Below, in pieces: positions 26,988 through 34,973 of a stretch of 64,000 nucleotides of DNA (position 1 is its first letter; every line of letters starts with the position of its first letter). A program made the translations under genes and the position numbers. The notes under the pieces are model-generated. The model had not been told where the DNA came from, ran no database searches, and worked only from the letters and a program-made list of their open reading frames with translations. The stretch spans positions 28,067 through 92,066 of the forward strand of contig JAVYLW010000004.1 of NCBI GenBank assembly GCA_038740375.1, in the 5' to 3' direction. Origin of the DNA: Candidatus Pacearchaeota archaeon (GTDB taxonomy: Archaea > Nanobdellota > Nanobdellia > Pacearchaeales > GW2011-AR1).

Positions 26988-28532
26988 TTATTTTTTCCAT
27001 ATTTTTATATCTCTTAGCTTATTGATATCATTAGAATACATATCTCTTAAATCTTTTATGTCAAAATACTCCATTATTATTCTGTCAAATCCAGGGCCCC
27101 ATGCTAAAACTGGGATATGCTTTCCAAAAAAAGGTATTGTTACTTCAGGACGAAACATTCCTGCACCTCCAAGTTCAAGCCATTTTTTAAAAATAGGATG
27201 ATAAACATCAATTTCTAAACTAGGCTCTGTATATGGAAAATAACTAGGTCTAATGCGAATTTTTTCATAACCCATTTTTCTGAAAAATTCAGTTAAATAT
27301 CCTATTAATTGTCTGAAATTCACATTTTCATCTACAACTATTCCTTCTGTCTGATTAAACTCAAAACCATGGGTTGCATCTACTGTTTCATTTCTAAAGC
27401 ATTTTCCTAACGCAAAATATTTAGCAGGATATTCTTTATTTTCTGCAATTTTTTTTAAAGTTTGTGCAGAAACACAAGTTGTGTGAGTTCTTAAAAGAAC
27501 TGATTTTGCAGGTTCTTCTTTCCACTCATATTGCCAACCTATACTTCCTTTAATTTTTCCTTCATGAGAAGCTTTTACTTCACTAACCAATTTTTTATCT
27601 GGAAGTTTGGCAATTTTTCCCATTATAAAAAAAGTGTCCTGCATTTCTCGAACTGGATGATCTTGGGCTGTAAATAAAGCGTCAAAACACCAAAATCCAG
27701 ATACAACTAAATCACCAGTCATTTCTTTAAAACCCATTTCAATCCATATTTTTTTTGCATATTCTGTTGCTTGATTTACAAAATGCCTTTTTCCACCATA
27801 AATCTTTGGAACAGGGCTAACTATATCATATCTTCTAAATTTTTTACCTTTAAAATTACCTGTTTTTAACAAAGCAGGAGTTATAGCTTCAATTAGGTCT
27901 TTAGAAGAAGATAAATTCTCTTTCATAAGAATTTCTCCAAGACTTGTTGGTTTAAATTCTATAACCTTTTTATGATGCAACTCTACTATCTCTTTTCTAT
28001 TTTTAAGATTTTCAAAAGCAAATTTTTCTTCAGGTTTTAAATCTTCTAAATTTTTTGGAAGAGATTCTATAAATTTTTCTTCCAAAAATTTTTCAAAAAT
28101 TTCTTCTCTTTTTCCAGTTAATGTTATGATTTGCTTATCTAAAGTTATTAATAACTTTTTTTTCAAAGTTCCTATTGCTACTTTAAATTCATTATCATTT
28201 AGTTTAGAAAGTTTTTTAGCTTGCTCTAAAGACAAGGTGTTTTTTTCAACTAAAAGATTTATTAATCTACGTTCAGGAAGACCTTGCTTTAGATACAAAA
28301 GTCCATTGATACCAAGTTCAATTCTTTTAACTTCTTTAATATTTAATTCAATTATTTTTTTATTTGAAAGAAATTCTAAAGATCTTAAAACAGAAGTTTT
28401 GTCAAGCCCTGACTTTTCTGCTATTTTTTCAAAATTCTTTTCTTTAATAAATGGCAAAATAGCTCTTTCATTAGGAGATAGAGTTTCTATTAATAGTTGA
28501 ATCTCATTTTTTGTTCTTTTTGTTTCTTTCAT
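26988..28532 (-). CDS. pheS: Phenylalanyl-tRNA synthetase alpha subunit (archaeal/eukaryal type)
   Basis: 514 aa with N-terminal winged-helix repeats. Class II motifs are present: HPVREMQDTFF, LLRTHTTCVSAQ, GKCFRNE, EFNQTEGIVVD and GAGMFRPEV. Confidence 0.9.
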   Translation of the reverse strand: MKETKRTKNEIQLLIETLSPNERAILPFIKEKNFEKIAEKSGLDKTSVLRSLEFLSNKKIIELNIKEVKRIELGINGLLYLKQGLPERRLINLLVEKNTLSLEQAKKLSKLNDNEFKVAIGTLKKKLLITLDKQIITLTGKREEIFEKFLEEKFIESLPKNLEDLKPEEKFAFENLKNRKEIVELHHKKVIEFKPTSLGEILMKENLSSSKDLIEAITPALLKTGNFKGKKFRRYDIVSPVPKIYGGKRHFVNQATEYAKKIWIEMGFKEMTGDLVVSGFWCFDALFTAQDHPVREMQDTFFIMGKIAKLPDKKLVSEVKASHEGKIKGSIGWQYEWKEEPAKSVLLRTHTTCVSAQTLKKIAENKEYPAKYFALGKCFRNETVDATHGFEFNQTEGIVVDENVNFRQLIGYLTEFFRKMGYEKIRIRPSYFPYTEPSLEIDVYHPIFKKWLELGGAGMFRPEVTIPFFGKHIPVLAWGPGFDRIIMEYFDIKDLRDMYSNDINKLRDIKIWKK

Positions 28533-28698
28533 AAAATTTATAGAAATATTAATTTTATAAATTTAGTTATTATAATATTAATGTGATTTATATACTTATT
28601 AAAAACTTTTTTTTACCCAAGTTTTAAAATAATAGGCATATATGAATTAATTAAGCTCTCTTTTCTAAACATTTATCTTTGAATATTTAATAATATAA

Positions 28699-29154
28699 TT
28701 ATTTATCAATAAATTTTATTTGTTCAGTGCTTCCGCCTAATGTTTTCAGTAAACTTAAAGCATCTAGTTTGCTGTATTTTTCTTTTGGAAATAATATTAT
28801 AGGAGTTTTTGTTTTTTTACATAATTGAATATTTTGTTTTATTCTAGCCAAAGCTTTAGCTTTTTCTATTTTTTCTAATTCTTTTAAAGAATCTATATCT
28901 ATAGCTATAAGAATTTTATTTTTTTTTGCAAGTTTACATAAATATTCATTTAATCCTGAATCTCTTTGTTTTAATCTATCTTTTCTATCGTGAATTTCAG
29001 GAGATAAGATTATGTTTATTTCTTTCATTTTAAGCAGTTTATCATTAAAATTCTCATCTCCTGCTTTTACTATAATTATTTCCTCAGGATTTTGTTTTTT
29101 AATTTTTTGAATTTTTGCTCTAATTTCATTTAAATTTTTTGATTCTATTATCAT
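28699..29154 (-). CDS. RNase P protein component 3 (Rpp30)-like, N-terminally short
   Basis: 151 aa. INIILSPEIHDRKDRLKQRDSGLNEYLCKLAKKNKILIAIDIDSL...ARIKQNIQLCKKTKTPIILF...DALSLLKTLGGS parallels the C-terminal two thirds of archaeal Rpp30 as I recall it (ISP..RKD.G.D.VLAKL..KN.VA...L; KYKV..FL.S; DLISLG...G). Confidence 0.4.
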   Translation of the reverse strand: MIIESKNLNEIRAKIQKIKKQNPEEIIIVKAGDENFNDKLLKMKEINIILSPEIHDRKDRLKQRDSGLNEYLCKLAKKNKILIAIDIDSLKELEKIEKAKALARIKQNIQLCKKTKTPIILFPKEKYSKLDALSLLKTLGGSTEQIKFIDK

Positions 29155-29316
29155 AATTTTAAAAATAAAGTTTAATTAATAAAATTATCTTTAATTTTTA
29201 AATACTAAATAAACACTAAATAATAAATATAAGAGATATATTTTGATAATTTTTTATTTATTATAATAAAAATTAAACTAAAAATAAATTTTAAATTATT
29301 AGAAAATTAAAAGATT

Positions 29317-30009
29317 TCATTTACTTATTATAGTTCCTATGAAATGTTTATTGTTTAATAAATTGTCTAAATTTTTGACATCAGGGCCTATAATATATGT
29401 TTTTATATTATATTTTTTTATTATTCTTGCTGCTTTTTTATCTAATACAAAATGCTGTCCTGGTTTAAATTTGATTTTTTTTGCAATTTTATAAAAATCT
29501 TTATGATTAATCTCTGGTATGAATTTAGCATCTTTGAATTTTTTTGGATCTTTGTCATATAAGCCTTGAACATTAGTTATATTAATAAATTCTGTTTTAA
29601 AGTGTCTTGCTAATTTTGCAGAAGTTGAATCTGATGTTTCGTCTTTTTCATATCTCATACCTCCACAAAAAACAAAATTTCTTTCTCTAATTCTTTCTTC
29701 AATATCTTTTATTTCATGAGGCATTCCGTATTTTTCATCTGTTTCAAAGAAATATGTCATAAATCTTGCATTTAATCTAGTTACTGAAATTCCTATCAAG
29801 CATTCAAAATATTTTTTATTTTTTCTTATAGAATTATCAAGAGCATTTATATAATTTCTAGCTATTTTTCCACCTCCGCAAACGATTATAAATTTATATT
29901 TTTTAATATTCTTTAAAATAACTTTTCTAAATTCTTTTAAAAAATCTATACTTATTTTTTCAGGAACTATTAAACTTCCACCAAGACTAATTACAATTAT
30001 TTTCCTCAT
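29317..30009 (-). CDS. pyrH: Uridylate (UMP) kinase, archaeal type
   Basis: 230 aa. MRKIIVISLGGSLIVPE, IVCGGGKIARNYI, ITNVQGLYDKDPKKFKDAKFI and FVLDKKAARIIKKYNIKTYIIG closely follow the archaeal PyrH pattern. Confidence 0.8.
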   Translation of the reverse strand: MRKIIVISLGGSLIVPEKISIDFLKEFRKVILKNIKKYKFIIVCGGGKIARNYINALDNSIRKNKKYFECLIGISVTRLNARFMTYFFETDEKYGMPHEIKDIEERIRERNFVFCGGMRYEKDETSDSTSAKLARHFKTEFINITNVQGLYDKDPKKFKDAKFIPEINHKDFYKIAKKIKFKPGQHFVLDKKAARIIKKYNIKTYIIGPDVKNLDNLLNNKHFIGTIISK

Positions 30010-30261
30010 TATTTAAAAAAATTTTTTATTTATTTAAAATTTGCCCTATTTTTATAAATAAAAATTTTATATTATTTGAGTTTGTAATTTCTTTAAAATT
30101 TTAAATTTTATAATTTTAATACATAATTCTGTATAATAATATAATTTTTTCTTACTTGCCTAAAAAAGATATTATTTTATATATTATTGTAAAAATTATG
30201 TATACAAAAATATACGCTTGAGCATAATAATTATTTTTAATAGGGTTTTTTTATTTATTTT

Positions 30262-30732
30262 ATGGAAGATGCCATCGAACATACGTCTTTATTAGGAGAA
30301 AAAATTGTAAATAAATTTAGAAATGTTTCTAGTATTGGAGGTATTGATGTTGATTTAAAGTTAGTTCGTGGAGGTTATAACAATGAATTTGAAATTGATT
30401 GGAATTATAAAGGAGTTTCTTTTCATGGAAATTTTTATTATGACAAATCAGGTAGAGAATGTTTTTGTTATGGAATAAGGTTTAATAGAGATAAAACTAT
30501 AGAAAAAAGACTTGAAAGTTTACTTTCTGAAAATTGGGAAAATACCCCTCACTTAGAAAAACCTTTTGAACACTCTTTAATTTATGAAGATGATGAAAAA
30601 AAATCTCACTATACAATTAAATTTAGATTAAAGTATAATCCTAATAGTAAGAGAGAAATATCTGACATTTTAAATGATATTATGAGAAGAGTAATATTAC
30701 CTACTATAGGTATTTCTGCAAAAGTTATTTGA
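30262..30732 (+). CDS. Hypothetical protein
   Basis: 156-aa ORF. I recognise no motif. Confidence 0.4.
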   Translation: MEDAIEHTSLLGEKIVNKFRNVSSIGGIDVDLKLVRGGYNNEFEIDWNYKGVSFHGNFYYDKSGRECFCYGIRFNRDKTIEKRLESLLSENWENTPHLEKPFEHSLIYEDDEKKSHYTIKFRLKYNPNSKREISDILNDIMRRVILPTIGISAKVI

Positions 30733-30795
30733 AAAGCTCTAAAAATAACCATTTTCAATTTAAAATAAAATATCTACACTTTAAATAATTTTAAT

Positions 30796-30955
30796 GTAAC
30801 ATCCTCTTCTATTAACTAAAGTGGACAGCTGTCCTTAGTAGCTTAAAATAGGATTATGTTGTATTTCTTGATTATCTATATACTTCATTGCTCTTTAATC
30901 ATAACACAATTCATCTTCACCTTTAAAGAGCCTAAATTTCTTGTTAAAGATTTAA
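30796..30955 (-). mobile_element. MITE-like repeat, copy 3 of 4 (inverted orientation)
   Basis: The reverse complement reads TTAAATCTTTAACAAGAAATTTAGGCTCTTTAAAGGTGAAGATGAATTGTGTTATGATTAAAGAGCAATGAAGTATATAGATAATCAAGAAATACAACATAATCCTATTTTAAGCTACTAAGGACAGCTGTCCACTTTAGTTAATAGAAGAGGATGTTAC. It lies between two convergent gene ends. Confidence 0.6.
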
Positions 30956-30960
30956 AGATA

Positions 30961-31266
30961 TTAGATTGTAAAAAGTTTATCATCCTTCACATCAAAAATT
31001 TTTAATCTCGCACCAGAGTCTAACCATCCATGAGCATAATTTACAGACGCAAATGCATTTATATAGTCTTTATTTTCTTTAAAATAAGTAGCATCAGATA
31101 AATAACATTCTACCATCTTTAAAATTTCTTTTGCTTTTTTTTCATTTTCATCTGAATAACTTTTTTTTGCTATTTCTAAAGCTTTAAAAGTTATTTCAAG
31201 ATATTTCTGTAATTTATTTTTTGTTATTCTATTTTTTAAGACTTTATTTATTTTTTTTGATTTCAT
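30961..31266 (-). CDS. DUF357-family small archaeal protein
   Basis: 101 aa. CYLSDATYFKENKDYINAFASVNYAHGWLDSGARLKIFDV matches the conserved YAHGWLD core of DUF357 as I remember it. Confidence 0.55.
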   Translation of the reverse strand: MKSKKINKVLKNRITKNKLQKYLEITFKALEIAKKSYSDENEKKAKEILKMVECYLSDATYFKENKDYINAFASVNYAHGWLDSGARLKIFDVKDDKLFTI

Positions 31267-31447
31267 TTTTTTTAATCAAATTTTTAATGTTTAAATATAT
31301 TTTCAAATGATTATTTATACAAGAGGTGTTTGTAAAATATTAGTTTTGAAAATATTATTTTGACATTTTAATTTATGTAATAAATATTAAATCACCTAAA
31401 TTATTTAAAAAAGGATATTTTTATAACATTATGTAAAAAGGGGAATT

Positions 31448-31465
31448 GGGGAAGAATTCTTCCCC
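31448..31465. repeat. Perfect 18-nt GC-rich palindrome GGGGAAGAATTCTTCCCC (function unknown)
   Basis: Read directly from the sequence. It is preceded by a partial direct duplication (AAGGGGAATT) and sits in a 430-nt ORF-free spacer (31267-31697). As RNA it would form a 7-bp G/C-rich stem with an AAUU loop on either strand. Confidence 0.8.
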
Positions 31466-31697
31466 TTACCTATAAAATATAAATATTGTTTAAAACATTG
31501 TGAAAAATACTACTTCTTTAAATGCAAAGATTTACCTAAAACTCCTTTTTAAGAAACAAAGAAAAGATCATCTAAAAAAACTAGCTCTTTAAGTAAAGAA
31601 CCTTAAGTGCAGAGAATGTCCTTATTTAGCTAATTATAAAATAAATATTTTTTAAATTCATTATAAGTTTATTTAATTTAAAAAATAATTAATAAAC

Positions 31698-32468
31698 CTA
31701 ACTTATTAGCGAAGGACTAATTTTTTTTAAAACAAATCTTGAACCTGCTTGTTCAGATATAACTGCAGATATTACCAAATCTCCAACAGCAGCTTTTAAA
31801 ATTCCTCCTATAATAGGTATCTTTGAATATTCTGAAAATATTTTTATGATGTTATTAATTTCCTCTTGACTTAAAATGATTTTAGTTACATTTATTCTGT
31901 TGTTTTTTTTAACTAAAACATTTTTTTCAGGACCTGGAGATTCTACTGCTTGAATAAAAGGATCTTTTAAAATTTCATCTATTTTTCCTAAGCTAAAATT
32001 TTCTGGCTTTTGAGAATACTCAGGTTTTATAGATTCTAAAATTTTTGTTTTTTTTAGAATATCTTCTTTTTTTATTTCCTGAATTCCTGAATCTTTATGA
32101 AAAATCGATTCTTTTTTTTGTAATATTTTTGGAATTTGTTTTGGAGGAGGATTTTTTAATAAAGGTTTTTTAGGTTTTATTATTTCTAAATTTTCATTTT
32201 TGACAGTAGTTGGTTCATTATCATATAAATATTCTAATATTTTTGGATATTGTGGAGGTTCTAATATTCGACTATTTAATACTTCTTTAAAAGATTCATT
32301 AATCTCAGAATTTGCTATGGAAGGTTTAAGACCGAATTTTCGTTTTAATTTTTCAATTCTTATCTTTCTTTCAATATCATGTCTTTTTGATAAATTTTTT
32401 ATTATTTCTTCTGTAAATTTAATTAGAAAAATAATTCTCTCAATATGTTTAATCTCTCCTTTTTCCAT
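31698..32468 (-). CDS. Stand-alone FlaI/PilB (GspE)-type secretion-ATPase N-terminal domain protein (no ATPase domain)
   Basis: 256 aa. The C-terminal 85 aa (DPFIQAVESPGPEKNVLVKKNNRINVTKIILSQEEINNIIKIFSEYSKIPIIGGILKAAVGDLVISAVISEQAGSRFVLKK) follow the pattern of the N-terminal domain of archaeal FlaI/VirB11-type ATPases (DP.IEDI..NG....V.V......T.I.F..EEEL....L...SG..I....P..DA.LPDGSR..A......GS.F.IRK). The ORF stops just where the Walker A domain would begin. Confidence 0.45.
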   Translation of the reverse strand: MEKGEIKHIERIIFLIKFTEEIIKNLSKRHDIERKIRIEKLKRKFGLKPSIANSEINESFKEVLNSRILEPPQYPKILEYLYDNEPTTVKNENLEIIKPKKPLLKNPPPKQIPKILQKKESIFHKDSGIQEIKKEDILKKTKILESIKPEYSQKPENFSLGKIDEILKDPFIQAVESPGPEKNVLVKKNNRINVTKIILSQEEINNIIKIFSEYSKIPIIGGILKAAVGDLVISAVISEQAGSRFVLKKISPSLIS

Positions 32469-32473
32469 ATAAT

Positions 32474-32911
32474 TTAATATTTTGGAGCAAATCTTAGATC
32501 TCTTATATTTTGATTTGTTATATTTTGTGGCTGCATTGCAGAAGGCTTTTCTATATTATTATTTCTTTCTCTAATTCTTTCTTCAATAAGCATTATACCT
32601 TTTGATATAATCTTGTTCTGTTCTAGAAGTGTATCTAATTTTTTGATAAATTCTTTATCGATATCACCTTTTTTTTCATCATTTTCTATTGAAGAGTATT
32701 TTTCTGCAAAACTTTTTGCCGAGATTTCGAATAATTGTAATAGTTTTGATATATTAGTAGAAAGTTCATCAAATTTAACAGCTATATTTGTAAGTGCTTT
32801 TTGAAGTTTTATAAAATTATGAATAAGAGCTTCTTGTAGTTCTTCTTTAGTCATAGGTTTTTTTTGAACTTCTTTTAAATCTTTTTTCGGTGTTTCCTCT
32901 TTTGAAGCCAT
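32474..32911 (-). CDS. Coiled-coil hypothetical protein (start moved to the internal Met)
   Basis: The track ORF runs to 32977 but would overlap the uppP start on the other strand. MASKEETPKKDLKEV at 32911 is a more plausible start. It lies 5 nt upstream of the FlaI-N-like ORF, so the two are probably co-transcribed. Confidence 0.4.
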   Translation of the reverse strand: MASKEETPKKDLKEVQKKPMTKEELQEALIHNFIKLQKALTNIAVKFDELSTNISKLLQLFEISAKSFAEKYSSIENDEKKGDIDKEFIKKLDTLLEQNKIISKGIMLIEERIRERNNNIEKPSAMQPQNITNQNIRDLRFAPKY

Positions 32912-32961
32912 AAAGTATTTAAGATTGAATAATTTATAAACATTACCTATATTTATTATAA

Positions 32962-33723
32962 ATGGTTTCAATAACACAAGGAGTAATACTAGGAATTTTG
33001 CAAGGAATTACTGAATGGCTGCCAATATCAAGTACTGGACATTTAGCTATTGCTGAAGAAATTTTTGGGTTAAAAGAATTTTCCTTTGCAGTTTTTTTAC
33101 ATATTGCTTCAATTTTAGCAGTAATCTTTATTTTTTATAGAGACATATTAAATATATTAGATTTTAGAAAAAAAGACAGCTTAAAGTATATTGGACTTAT
33201 TATTATAGCTTTAATACCTGCTGCTTTAGCTGGTTTTTTTCTTGAAAATAAAATAAGATTTATGTTTTCTAATATTTTTTTTGTAGGAATTTTTTTTATT
33301 ATAAGTGGATTTATTATATTTTCGACAAAATTTTTTAAAGAGAAAAAAGATAATGTTGATTTAAAAAGCAGTCTTTTTATCGGAATATTTCAAATTTTCG
33401 GTTTATTTCCAGGTATTTCAAGAAGTGGTTCAACAATATCAGGTGGCATATTTTGTGGTCTAAAAAGATCCGAGGTTATGAAATTTTCCTTCATATTAGC
33501 AATTCCAATAATATTTGGAGCTTTTTTGTTGGAATCAAGAAAAATAGTATTATCAGAAATATCATGGATTATTTTAATAATATCTTTCATAGTAACATTT
33601 TTAACTAGTTTATTCTCAATAAAAATTTTATTGAAACTCGTAAAAGGAAATAAATTTTATTTTTTTGGATTCTATAATCTTATTATAGGAATTTTTGTTT
33701 TAATTTGGAGTTTTTTAAAATGA
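32962..33723 (+). CDS. uppP: Undecaprenyl/polyprenyl-diphosphate phosphatase (UppP/BacA family)
   Basis: 253 aa and polytopic. The signature GILQGITEWLPISSTGHL and the second motif PGISRSGSTISGG are present. Confidence 0.85.
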   Translation: MVSITQGVILGILQGITEWLPISSTGHLAIAEEIFGLKEFSFAVFLHIASILAVIFIFYRDILNILDFRKKDSLKYIGLIIIALIPAALAGFFLENKIRFMFSNIFFVGIFFIISGFIIFSTKFFKEKKDNVDLKSSLFIGIFQIFGLFPGISRSGSTISGGIFCGLKRSEVMKFSFILAIPIIFGAFLLESRKIVLSEISWIILIISFIVTFLTSLFSIKILLKLVKGNKFYFFGFYNLIIGIFVLIWSFLK

Positions 33724-34913
33724 AAACTATTTTCGATATATATTCTAAAGAAGAAATTGAGAAAATAATAAAACAAATTCATATTGCTTTTAATAACGGA
33801 TATAAAGACGATGAGATACTTAAAAAAGTTAATCTTGATATGATAGAAGAGCTAATTTCTTTAGCTAAGGCAAGATTAGAGGCTCAAAAAGAATTTTCAA
33901 AAAAAATTTACAATGTTAAATATTTTAATATTGATGATTTAAGATTTGGAACTCCTGTGTCTGTTGCTGAGTTTAGAGCAAAAAAACTAAAATGTAATAA
34001 AATAGTTGATTTATGTTCTGGAATAGGACTTCAATCATTTGCATTTTCTAAACAATGTTCTGAAGTTCTTTCTGTAGAAATTGATGAAAGAAAATCTAAA
34101 TACTCGATTATGAATTTTGGTGAACAAAAAAATATCACTTTTATTTGCGGCGATGTTCTCTCTAAAGAAATCGTAAAAAAAGTTTCAGATTTCAAACCTG
34201 ATATTATTTTTTGCGATAGTGAAAGACAGGTAAATGAAAAAGAAAGAAGTTTACAAACTATCAAACCTAATCTTAAAGACTTAATTAGCATTTATGAAAA
34301 AATATGTCCAAATATCTGTATTGAAATTCCTCCAAGAATAGATTTAGAAAAACTTAAAGATCTTGATTGTGAAAAAGAATATTTGTCATTAAATTCAAAA
34401 TTAAACAGACTTGACTTAAATTTTGGAAATCTTAAAAAATTTGATGTTAAAGTTGTTGATGTAGAATCTGGAGTTTATATTTTTAAGGATTCTAATGTAA
34501 ATAGTATAAAAGTTACAGATAAGATTAATTCTTTTATATATGAGTTGTCTGAAGCTGTTATTAAGGCAGATTTAATTAATGAAATTGGAGAATTAATCAA
34601 TGCAGATTTATTAAAATTTTGTGAAGAAAATAAAGTTTTGCTTACAAATAAAACTCCTAATGTTGATTTTAAACATCTTGCTGATTGTTATAAGGTTATT
34701 GGAATTTCTAAAAATATCGATAATGCTATTAATATTTTAAAAAAAGAGAGTGTAGGAAAAGTTGTTATTAAATATTCGATTAACCCTAAATATTATTGGA
34801 AGGAAAGAAACAGATATGAAAATAATATTCGAGGTAAAAAAGAAGTATTTATATTCAAAATTTTTAATAAAAAAAGAAAAATTAGCTATGTAATTTGTGA
34901 AAGGTTAACTTGA
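33720..34913 (+). CDS. Class I SAM-dependent methyltransferase (RNA MTase-like) with C-terminal extension
   Basis: The SAM motif I is KIVDLCSGIGLQSFAFS and the post-I acidic residue is in VLSVEIDE. The start is placed at the ATG that overlaps the uppP stop (ATGA) rather than the track's upstream start at 33705. Confidence 0.6.
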   Translation: MKTIFDIYSKEEIEKIIKQIHIAFNNGYKDDEILKKVNLDMIEELISLAKARLEAQKEFSKKIYNVKYFNIDDLRFGTPVSVAEFRAKKLKCNKIVDLCSGIGLQSFAFSKQCSEVLSVEIDERKSKYSIMNFGEQKNITFICGDVLSKEIVKKVSDFKPDIIFCDSERQVNEKERSLQTIKPNLKDLISIYEKICPNICIEIPPRIDLEKLKDLDCEKEYLSLNSKLNRLDLNFGNLKKFDVKVVDVESGVYIFKDSNVNSIKVTDKINSFIYELSEAVIKADLINEIGELINADLLKFCEENKVLLTNKTPNVDFKHLADCYKVIGISKNIDNAINILKKESVGKVVIKYSINPKYYWKERNRYENNIRGKKEVFIFKIFNKKRKISYVICERLT

Positions 34914-34973
34914 GATATAAAAAGTATTTTTTTAAGCTTTTTAATATAATATCTATAAACTCTGATGAATTTA

